From: Escherichia coli
GTDB taxonomy: Bacteria > Pseudomonadota > Gammaproteobacteria > Enterobacterales > Enterobacteriaceae
Reading direction: 5' to 3' (one strand)
DNA: 64,000 bases
NCBI RefSeq assembly: GCF_024700885.2
Contig: NZ_CP117016.1
Under the pieces are notes generated by a model. That model had not been told where the DNA came from, did not search any database, and saw only the letters and a list, made by a program, of their open reading frames with translations. Positions 55,246-62,426 of this stretch are shown piece after piece. Each line of letters opens with the position of its first letter. Within the stretch, counting starts at the first letter, position 1. Position numbers and translations under genes: made by a program.

Positions 55246-56921
55246 TGTGATTGCCCACCCTGACCACTAACTGCATTCGCCATAGCTGACAAAACACTCG
55301 GATCCGAAGTTTTAGCTTCGCTTAGCGTCTTGGCACCCTGTGCCGCCGCCATCCCCATCGCCATCATTTGTTGCTGCTGTTGTTGCTGTGCCCGTTGCTG
55401 GCGAGCCTGCTCAACCTGTTCCTGCGGAACAATGACGGTTGGAGACACTCCGGACATATCAGCGAATGCATCGATCGCCTGATCAACGTTGAGTTTGTCG
55501 AGAGCTTCTGGTTTCGCTTGCGCAAGTTGACCAATAAAGTTGACCGTGGATGCCAGACTGGACAGGCCGATAGACTTCTGCGCCTGAGCCATGACGGAAA
55601 TGTATTCGACCTTCAGGGGCATACCTTCCATCGCGTCAGGCGGTGGCGGCAGCATGTTTTTACGCACCATCATCGAGAAAGCGCGGTCAATGAGAGGATT
55701 AAGACATTCGTCGTTCAGACGCTCCAGAACCGGCCCCAACATCAGAAGTTTTTCTTCTTTCATTTCGATCACCGCTTCAACAGGCATCGAGCGGGTATTG
55801 ATGTTCTGCAACATCATGAACAGATCGACAAAGTAGGCGCTGTTAATGATTTGACGAGTGTCCTGAATGTCTGCCACCAAATCTGCTGTACTGGGGTTAA
55901 CCAGATAAGCAGGCCTGAAACCATCCTGACCAGTAATCTGATCGATATACGTGATGTCGCCAGGAAGAAGGGAGGCACGCTGATTCTTGAGGGAAATCGG
56001 AGCAACCATCGGCGGATTGGTGGCTTTATCAATCAACTGCGACTTGCGCTTCTGGAGAAGCTGCAATGCCTTAACAGGTCCAAGCGCCAGCATACCCGGG
56101 CATGATGATCCATAAACATCTTCGCCGTTAACTTCCCAGCGCGGAGCCATAATTGGAAACTCATCGAATCCGGACTCACGCAACAACTTGTCGTTATCGC
56201 CACCAACCTCGTAATAAACCGATTTGAATGGCTTGTTCTTGCTATCCAGCTTCGATGTATCGCGGTCAATGTTCGGGTAAACCGAATGCATCACTTCAAT
56301 CCACTTCTCGTAGGTGCCGCTTTCCCACATGCTTTTTACGGATTCGCTGACGTTATTTAGCCCGAACTCCTGAACAAGCTGACGAACAGTCATAGAGAAC
56401 TTGCGAAAACAGGTGTCAACACTGCCACGAGGTGAGTTAGCCAGGTAGTAACTTCCTATCGGGAATGGCATTGTACGAATGATGTCCTCGTCATCCTCCA
56501 GCACCGCCATTGCGCCAGTGCTGTATGTGCCGAGGCTTCCGTATAACTGCGGCAGCGACTGATAGAGATTCGACTTATTGAACATATCGTTCATGCGGTT
56601 CTGCACCGCCTCAAGCCACAACTTAACAGGGCCATAATCCATCATTTCAGGATCTGGCGTAGCCAGGCGAAACCACGGACGCGCTGGGCTTGTGATGCCT
56701 GACATCATGCCGCTGGCGAGAGTGCGCGCCGCCATAGTCCCGGTCGAATCAATAATGCGTGTATTGCGTCGATCGTTACGGTTGACCTCAGAAGTCAGAA
56801 AGCGGGAACCACGCGGGTTGATGTAATCACTCAACTCGCGCCAGTGCGGCTCGAACGACTGACGCTCGCTTTCAAGTTGTGCGAACTGTTTGTTCAATCG
56901 CTCTTTAGTTGTTTCCGCCAT
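55242..56921 (-). CDS. Portal protein
   Basis: 559 aa, in the head module downstream of the terminase genes (separated from them by a tRNA/moron island), with a Gln-rich C-terminal tail (ARQQRAQQQQQQQMMAMGMAAAQ). Size is typical for a podovirus portal. Confidence 0.8.
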   Translation of the reverse strand: MAETTKERLNKQFAQLESERQSFEPHWRELSDYINPRGSRFLTSEVNRNDRRNTRIIDSTGTMAARTLASGMMSGITSPARPWFRLATPDPEMMDYGPVKLWLEAVQNRMNDMFNKSNLYQSLPQLYGSLGTYSTGAMAVLEDDEDIIRTMPFPIGSYYLANSPRGSVDTCFRKFSMTVRQLVQEFGLNNVSESVKSMWESGTYEKWIEVMHSVYPNIDRDTSKLDSKNKPFKSVYYEVGGDNDKLLRESGFDEFPIMAPRWEVNGEDVYGSSCPGMLALGPVKALQLLQKRKSQLIDKATNPPMVAPISLKNQRASLLPGDITYIDQITGQDGFRPAYLVNPSTADLVADIQDTRQIINSAYFVDLFMMLQNINTRSMPVEAVIEMKEEKLLMLGPVLERLNDECLNPLIDRAFSMMVRKNMLPPPPDAMEGMPLKVEYISVMAQAQKSIGLSSLASTVNFIGQLAQAKPEALDKLNVDQAIDAFADMSGVSPTVIVPQEQVEQARQQRAQQQQQQQMMAMGMAAAQGAKTLSEAKTSDPSVLSAMANAVSGQGGQSQ

Positions 56922-56935
56922 TTCAATGACTCCGG

Positions 56936-57142
56936 TTACTGACCAAGCAGCGTTTTACCGCTGGTATTAGCGGTTGATGTGTCGCCCTGAGAACCGGTAA
57001 GCAGCGTAGAACTACGACCAGCAGCAGCGCGACGGCGACGAGTTTCTTCGTCGCGGGCATCAACAACGGCGGCATCCTGCTCCTGTGGTGCTGCCTGAAC
57101 TTCTGGTGTTGCAGGCACTGATGGTGAGCTACCCATGCACAT
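56936..57142 (-). CDS. Small Arg/Thr-rich protein preceding the portal gene
   Basis: 68 aa. Its translation-initiation region cggagtcattgaTatg is nearly identical to that of the portal gene (cggagtcattgaAatg). Confidence 0.45.
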   Translation of the reverse strand: MCMGSSPSVPATPEVQAAPQEQDAAVVDARDEETRRRRAAAGRSSTLLTGSQGDTSTANTSGKTLLGQ

Positions 57143-57168
57143 ATCAATGACTCCGTACGCAATTAAAT

Positions 57169-57248
57169 TATTACCAATTTAACCACATATGATTTATTTA
57201 TCGTAGATAGTTGACATTTAACGCACAAATTATTACCTTTAAGGTAAC
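57169..57248. promoter_or_regulatory. Shared regulatory module, copy B, with a plus-strand promoter candidate for the leader/tRNA unit
   Basis: tATTACC-N5-AACCACATATG (57169-57191), TTGACA-N17-TACCTT (57211-57239) and the palindrome TTACCTT-T-AAGGTAA (57233-57247). Compare copy A at 39947-40013. Confidence 0.35.
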
Positions 57249-57569
57249 TAAAGAGTTCATTCCGGTTACTAACCTGACTGGCTTGTCGTTAAATTGAACA
57301 GGTGGAGTGAGCTTTTATTTTGAGCAGTACGGCGTATGGCACATGCGCCGATAGCGGTCTGGATACGTTTAAGGGGCACCCTCCCTTGCTCGGGCAAACG
57401 AACCAGGTAGCCGGAATGTGCAAGTCGAGCGGTTTTATTCCGCGCACGGGGATTCACCATCCCGGCTATTCGGTGTGACGCCTCGGAATAGACGAGGGTA
57501 CAACGATGAGAGCATTTATGGAGCTGCGACAAAGTGTGGCGCATTAACAGGCTAAGTGCTCTCAGCGTT

Positions 57570-57646
57570 GTGGCATTAGCTCAGCTGGACAGAGCAACCG
57601 CCTTCTAAGCGGTTGGTCGCAGGTTCGAATCCTGCATGCCACGCCA
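57570..57646 (+). tRNA. tRNA-Arg (anticodon UCU, reads AGA), CCA encoded
   Basis: Hand-folded cloverleaf: acceptor GTGGCAT/ATGCCAC, D-loop AGCTCAGCTGGACAGAGC, anticodon arm ACCGC-CTTCTAA-GCGGT, T-arm GCAGGTTCGAATCCTGC, discriminator G + CCA. Confidence 0.9.
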
Positions 57647-57689
57647 GAATCACGCCTAAGGACCGTGATGCCAGAAGTTCCAGGTGCTT

Positions 57690-57732
57690 GGCGGTGATGG
57701 TTTCCCTTGAAGGACTATCACCGCCCTTTTTT
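57690..57732 (+). terminator. Rho-independent terminator downstream of the tRNA
   Basis: ggcggtgat ... atcaccgcc 9-bp stem followed by CTTTTTT. Confidence 0.7.
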
Positions 57733-57810
57733 ACAGCAGGACGCCATTGCGATGACTTCATGCTGTAAACCCGTACAGCCACGGAAGGCATAACTCATTG
57801 CTTCCAGTTC

Positions 57811-57834
57811 GCCCGGTTCGCCGGGCATTTTTTT
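57811..57834 (+). terminator. Second rho-independent terminator
   Basis: gcccgg-ttcg-ccgggc followed by ATTTTTTT. Confidence 0.65.
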
Positions 57835-57942
57835 GGCGTGATACGTCACAATTATGATATCGATGCAGATTACGACATACATGAAAAACATGTCATAGTA
57901 TCTCCTGAGGTTAATCTCGATTCAAAAAGAGGATGATTTATA

Positions 57943-58290
57943 ATGATTAAAATCAATAACGTACGTGGTGCTAACGTTAGCGTCAACGGAGAAGACTTCA
58001 CTGGTCATCATATTACGATTAACAATGGAAAAGTGATCGTTGATGGTGTCGAAAAAAATAGCAATCTTGACGGACAGATTAACGTAACAATTAATGGAAG
58101 CGTGGAAGGCGTTGAGATTGAAAATGGATCAGTGACTGTAAGCGGTGATGCACATTATGTGAAAACTATGTCTGGTGATGTCCATTGTTCCAATGTATTG
58201 GGAAATGTAAACACCATGTCTGGAGATGTAATCTGCGAAACTGTTGGTGGAAACGCCAGCACAATGTCTGGAAATATTATCAAGAAATAA
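57943..58290 (+). CDS. Small beta-helix-repeat protein (bactofilin-like repeat pattern), prophage moron
   Basis: 115 aa, RBS gagga. Repeated G-x-V/I pattern and three 16-residue turns beginning TMSGDV/TMSGDV/TMSGNI. Opposite strand to the flanking late genes. Terminators on both sides. Confidence 0.65.
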   Translation: MIKINNVRGANVSVNGEDFTGHHITINNGKVIVDGVEKNSNLDGQINVTINGSVEGVEIENGSVTVSGDAHYVKTMSGDVHCSNVLGNVNTMSGDVICETVGGNASTMSGNIIKK

Positions 58291-58302
58291 TTATTTAAAA
58301 AT

Positions 58303-58332
58303 AAAGCCCGCCAAATGCGCGCGCTTTGTTTT
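58303..58332 (+). terminator. Terminator candidate after the beta-helix moron (convergent with terL)
   Basis: aaagcccgc / gcgcgcttt stem (one mismatch) followed by GTTTT. Confidence 0.45.
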
Positions 58333-58375
58333 ATCCTCACCAGAGGATATCAACGACATTATCCCCACCAGCGGA

Positions 58376-59851
58376 TTAAGCATAGGGATCGTAATCTGTA
58401 ATGGCCTTGCCTTGCTGGTTCTGCTGACCTGGAATTCGCAGACGCTTCGACACAGGGAACGCAAACGTCAGCAGTAGCGCATCGCCTTTACCCGGCGAAC
58501 GCCCAAGCCGCTCCTTGATATCCTCCTTCGGTTCGATAACGATTTTACCGTCCACGCGAACTTTGTACTCTGCCGCCGACAGGTCGTCTGCAGTTTCCTG
58601 GTCATCCAGCATGCCGCCCAGCCTCAGCCATGTCTTGCATGAGTTGAACATCTCCCCGCGCTTGTTGAGCATCTGAGGGTCAGTTGACGCGCCACCGAAC
58701 GGAACAAGTTGCCATGTGCGCCCCCAGCCGTCACCGATTGACTTCAGGCCAGTACCGTAACCGAAGTCGATGAACACCGCGTCGGCCTGATACTGGTCTT
58801 CAAAGTCAGCGATACGCTTCGCCATAATCAGATCGTCGGTGGTCTTGTTGCCAGTCCACAGCACCTTACTGTGCAGCCCCTGCCGCAGGTATATCACCGC
58901 GTCATCAACGCCGGAGTATGCCGGGTCAACTCCGATTATCACCGGAGCATGTGCCACCTGCGCAGCGGTTACCACCCGTTTCATTGCCTCGTCAGTAAGA
59001 CCGGTAGGGATAAACTGCAATTCAGATGCATCAGGGAATATGCCACGCACACGGATTTTAACGAAGTCGCTGTCTTCCCCGTAGTCATCAACCCATTTCT
59101 GCAACTGCTGTTTGTTAGTGCCTTCCACCGTCCGGCTGTCAATCTGCGCAGTTTTCCAGCGGTGTTTATATTTGCGGAAACATTCTCGGAAACGTCCGGT
59201 ATTACGCGTCGGGTTTCCGAACGCCACCCAGATAATCTCAGTGTCTTCGTCCGTAAGCGCACCCTCGGCAACTTCCCACACCAGATCCGCAATGTTCGAC
59301 GCTTCATCGAATACCACGATGATACGTTTGCGCTCGTTGTGTAGTCCGGCGAACGCCTCAGTATTGTGCTCAGACCAGGGGATTGCGTCAGCTCGCCACC
59401 GCTTGTCGTGCCCAGGATCATTGCTGTACATCGCGGTAGCGGTACAGGTGAACCAGTCTTTCGTGATAGCAAGGTTCGACCACTTGATAATTTCCGGCCA
59501 GGTCTTCGTTCGTAGCTGGTTGTCGGTGTTGGCGGTCACCACGATCTTACAATCCTCGCAAGTGGACATGCCCCAGTTGATCAGCATTGAGATGAATGCG
59601 GATTTACCAATACCGTGACCAGAAGCGCGTGCCAGCATAAGCGGCTGATAGCGCGTCTCTGGATTCTGCAGGTGATCACGTATCTCTCGGAACGCATCAG
59701 CCTGCCACTGACGTGGGCCGGTGGCATGTGCCAGTTCAGTCCCCTCTTCCCCCCACGGGAACGCATAGAGGGCATAGCCAAGCGGATCGTGAGTGAACCC
59801 TGCAATATCCTCGATCAACTGCTCTTCAGGAGATAACGCTGTATCTGTCAC
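58376..59851 (-). CDS. Terminase large subunit
   Basis: 491 aa with a Walker-A-like ARASGHGIGKS and a nuclease-type C-terminal half. GTGA overlap with terS. Size and position are typical. Confidence 0.88.
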   Translation of the reverse strand: MTDTALSPEEQLIEDIAGFTHDPLGYALYAFPWGEEGTELAHATGPRQWQADAFREIRDHLQNPETRYQPLMLARASGHGIGKSAFISMLINWGMSTCEDCKIVVTANTDNQLRTKTWPEIIKWSNLAITKDWFTCTATAMYSNDPGHDKRWRADAIPWSEHNTEAFAGLHNERKRIIVVFDEASNIADLVWEVAEGALTDEDTEIIWVAFGNPTRNTGRFRECFRKYKHRWKTAQIDSRTVEGTNKQQLQKWVDDYGEDSDFVKIRVRGIFPDASELQFIPTGLTDEAMKRVVTAAQVAHAPVIIGVDPAYSGVDDAVIYLRQGLHSKVLWTGNKTTDDLIMAKRIADFEDQYQADAVFIDFGYGTGLKSIGDGWGRTWQLVPFGGASTDPQMLNKRGEMFNSCKTWLRLGGMLDDQETADDLSAAEYKVRVDGKIVIEPKEDIKERLGRSPGKGDALLLTFAFPVSKRLRIPGQQNQQGKAITDYDPYA

Positions 59852-60444
59852 TGATTACCATCCTGACGTTCTTTGAGTCGCTTCCTGGCTGCTGCTATGC
59901 GATCAGCAATTGTCACATTCACATTAACATCCAGACGTTCTTTGAACGCGTTGACATCAACATGCTTACCAATCAGCTCAAGGTTCTTCACCTTGTCAGG
60001 CCATTTAATTTTTTTGAGGATTGTCTCTATCGAATCCTCGTTCATGTTCATGATGGTCGATGACAGATCAAAGCCACTAAGCGTAGTGCGCCAGATTTTC
60101 GGCCACTCGCGGATTGGCTTAAGGCTCCCATCGTCGTTGAGGATGTCGATCACATCCATCTGGTCGATCTCCACCAGGCGCATAAGAACGTAATCGGCAC
60201 TGACGCGCATTCGTTTGTTGCGCTCCTCCATCAGCTCGGCAATCCGTTTTTGAATGCGTTCATCGCGCATCATGACACTGGCTTTAACTGCCGCTGTATT
60301 TGGGGAGAATCCTGCGTTAATCGCTGCCTGAGTCTGGTTTTCAGGCGTTTTGATGTATGACTGGCAATAAGCCTCCTGCATTGCTGTTAGTGGCTTAAAT
60401 TGCGTTGATTTGCGTTTATAGGTTTTAGGTTCAGCAGGCATCAT
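59848..60444 (-). CDS. Terminase small subunit (Terminase_2-like)
   Basis: ORF 59848-60522. Start preferred at ATG 60444 (MMPAEPKTYKRK) behind ggtgg. LTAMQEAYCQSYIKTPENQTQAAINAGFSPNTA is a typical terS HTH. Confidence 0.75.
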   Translation of the reverse strand: MMPAEPKTYKRKSTQFKPLTAMQEAYCQSYIKTPENQTQAAINAGFSPNTAAVKASVMMRDERIQKRIAELMEERNKRMRVSADYVLMRLVEIDQMDVIDILNDDGSLKPIREWPKIWRTTLSGFDLSSTIMNMNEDSIETILKKIKWPDKVKNLELIGKHVDVNAFKERLDVNVNVTIADRIAAARKRLKERQDGNQ

Positions 60445-60452
60445 AACCACCG

Positions 60453-60480
60453 TGGTAATAGTTACCGTTTTGGTAATAGT
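60453..60480. repeat. 10-bp direct repeat TGGTAATAGT x2 (18-bp period) at the terS 5' boundary
   Basis: Copies at 60453-60462 and 60471-60480. Contains the same GGTAATA half-site as the intergenic modules A and B. Confidence 0.5.
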
Positions 60481-60562
60481 ACCATGCAAAACAAAGCCGC
60501 CATAGTTGGCGGCAGTATTCAAAACCCATCAAATTCATCATGCATAATCTACTCGTGACATG

Positions 60563-60901
60563 TCACACTATTAATTTCGTTTCATGCCAGCCTTTAGTCA
60601 CCCAGCATTGCGAGTCACCATTACACGGGCATGAATTAACTGGAACTCTCCCGCCGCACTTACCGCAACGTTTTCTGCTGATCGATTTTATACGCCCGCG
60701 CACGCGTGCATCATCCTGGCGGATCAGTAACGCTATATACTCACCAAATTCGTAAGGCGCACGCCCGGGGCGACGCGTGGCACAGTTACGCTCCAGCATT
60801 TCAATTTCCTGAGCATCAAGCACAATTTCCAGCTTACGCACACCAGATGCAGCTTGTCTGGCTCTCTGAGCGGCTTTGCGCTCTGCTGCTGATTTAGCCA
60901 T
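60563..60901 (-). CDS. Hypothetical protein, basic N-terminus and Cys-rich C-terminus (zinc-ribbon-like)
   Basis: ORF 60563-60904 with ATG at 60901. KSAAERKAAQRARQAASG ... RKRCGKCGGRVPVNSCPCNGDSQCW. Confidence 0.5.
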   Translation of the reverse strand: MAKSAAERKAAQRARQAASGVRKLEIVLDAQEIEMLERNCATRRPGRAPYEFGEYIALLIRQDDARVRGRIKSISRKRCGKCGGRVPVNSCPCNGDSQCWVTKGWHETKLIV

Positions 60902-60936
60902 CAATATTTACCTTTATCGCGAACACCTTTACCGGT

Positions 60937-61179
60937 TTATCTCCTTTGCATGGCACGTAATTTTTTCAGATGGTTCTCCTGTTCTGTTTCAGCCAGGATC
61001 TGGTGATATTCTCTGTGATCAATGTGTTCGAATAAATTATTGAATTTTCTGATGCACACCCTTCCAGGATAGCCATCCATCCTCTTGAAGAACACTGAGT
61101 GATCAGTACTACGAATGATTTTTACTGGATAGCCGGCGCTATCGGTGTATATCTGACCACGTTGAATCAGAGAGAACAT
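60937..61179 (-). CDS. Hypothetical early-region protein
   Basis: 80-aa ORF in the same orientation as its neighbours. No recognisable motif. Confidence 0.45.
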   Translation of the reverse strand: MFSLIQRGQIYTDSAGYPVKIIRSTDHSVFFKRMDGYPGRVCIRKFNNLFEHIDHREYHQILAETEQENHLKKLRAMQRR

Positions 61180-61240
61180 TCGCTTATCCCCAGATAAAAA
61201 TATAGCAATACCAATTACATAAAATACTTCAGGCCAAGCA

Positions 61241-62026
61241 TCATTTCACCTCCTGCGGCGGTTCTGGTAGAGGCATCCAGTGTGACGGTTTCCACGACGC
61301 ACCAGGAATTATCCACCCATCATTAGCGTCAGGATGCCCGGGGATGTAAGTAGCCCATTTCATTCGCCAGTCACCTTTCCTGTCAAACTCCACGGCAACA
61401 AGAACGGCTGTTTTGGTATTCGGCATTCGCTCACTACAGCTTATCCAACCATCCGGAGTTACCGGAGAGTTGACAGCCAGTCTGCGCAAAACAGCCTTAA
61501 CAGCCTCAATACGGTCATCATCGCAATTTTCCAGCGTATCTATGCGGTCGAGCATGATGATGGCGTTATCAATATCAGGATTGCCAGTCCACTCATTACT
61601 GCGATTGGATTCGGCAGCCTGGTTGCCAGATGCTGGTTGATTGTCGGCTTGGCTATAGCTAACAGCACGGCAGGCATCCTCTACGCCTTTAACTGCATCT
61701 GCGCAGTAGTTATAGCGATTGCATTCCACTAACTTCTGCTTGAGGTTTTCAATTGCTTGCGCGACATTAGCCTGTGTTACCGGCACAGGTGGAGCGGCGA
61801 ATAGATATCCTCCAAAGTCAGGAAGCTCTCCAATGGCCTGTACGAACTTTTGTTTGCCTACGTCAATTCCTAATGGGTAGTGAGCTATAATTTTTGCCAC
61901 TGGCTCTGCCTCCAGCGATGCCAGAGCAATTTCATAAGCACGGCGCTCAATATTGTCTCGCACGTCCAGGCTGCCGATTCGCTCTTTGATTTCTTTAATC
62001 AGTTCTTTGTCGGTTAAAGTGGTCAT
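61241..62026 (-). CDS. DUF551-domain protein
   Basis: 261 aa. C-terminus DGWISCSERMPNTKTAVLV...GWIIPGASWKPSHWMPLPEPP is the characteristic DUF551 signature of enterobacterial prophage early regions. Confidence 0.65.
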   Translation of the reverse strand: MTTLTDKELIKEIKERIGSLDVRDNIERRAYEIALASLEAEPVAKIIAHYPLGIDVGKQKFVQAIGELPDFGGYLFAAPPVPVTQANVAQAIENLKQKLVECNRYNYCADAVKGVEDACRAVSYSQADNQPASGNQAAESNRSNEWTGNPDIDNAIIMLDRIDTLENCDDDRIEAVKAVLRRLAVNSPVTPDGWISCSERMPNTKTAVLVAVEFDRKGDWRMKWATYIPGHPDANDGWIIPGASWKPSHWMPLPEPPQEVK

Positions 62027-62232
62027 TTGTTAATCCTCAAAACTTTATGCCCGGGCGCAAAAGCACGCGTTTTGTCTTTGCTTATTCGCCACCCGTCTTT
62101 ACGGGCCTCTTTTGCACAACCAGACCATGACGTACCGATATACTCACCGAAGTTTGGCACTGGATATACACCTTCCGTACACTGGCGACAATCACAATAG
62201 AGATGCATGGTGTAACTTGCGGCAATAGCCAT
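62023..62232 (-). CDS. Hypothetical Cys-containing small protein
   Basis: ORF 62023-62304. ATG 62232 (MAIAASYTMHLYCDCRQC) lies behind aaggagag and follows the upstream stop. Confidence 0.5.
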   Translation of the reverse strand: MAIAASYTMHLYCDCRQCTEGVYPVPNFGEYIGTSWSGCAKEARKDGWRISKDKTRAFAPGHKVLRINK

Positions 62233-62233
62233 A

Positions 62234-62422
62234 TCACTCTCCTTTAGTACGCAAGTGGTTTTTCCAGCGGTTTTGCGCCGCGCTGGGCTTTTTGCAAAAA
62301 CCACAATCCATCATCCCGTAATGTTTCATTAACCCCATCCGTCGGTTGCTGAGTCTCACCCACTGCCAGACGCCAGGACCGTTTCTGCGAACTAATAGGA
62401 TTTTTGCTTTACGGTTTTTCAT
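62234..62422 (-). CDS. Hypothetical basic small protein
   Basis: Internal ATG 62422 of ORF 62234-62587 (MKNRKAKILLVRR), 4 nt after the upstream stop. Fills an otherwise empty gap. Confidence 0.4.
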   Translation of the reverse strand: MKNRKAKILLVRRNGPGVWQWVRLSNRRMGLMKHYGMMDCGFCKKPSAAQNRWKNHLRTKGE

Positions 62423-62426
62423 CGCT

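Noticed and set aside
57408-57468. Second tRNA (possible ochre suppressor, loop TTTTATT with anticodon UUA)
   Set aside because: There is no canonical D-arm. The T-arm has a 5-nt loop and competes with the acceptor helix. The anticodon stem is 4 bp with an A-G mismatch, and position 37 is a pyrimidine. At best it is a tRNA-like relic, and it is kept only as part of the ncRNA hypothesis.
57269-57544. 91-aa minus-strand ORF in the tRNA leader
   Set aside because: Arg/His/Ser-rich composition typical of random GC-balanced sequence. It has no RBS, overlaps the hairpin-dense region, and lies antisense to the predicted promoter-tRNA transcript.
57570-57646. tRNA-Arg as the prophage integration site or as the boundary between two mobile elements
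   Set aside because: Phage structural genes of one coherent morphogenesis module lie on both sides (portal side and terminase side). There is no integrase and no direct repeat of the tRNA 3' end nearby. The real junction is at the guaA remnant.
57576-57791. 71-aa minus-strand ORF
   Set aside because: It runs antisense through the tRNA-Arg gene and its terminator, so it is a shadow ORF.
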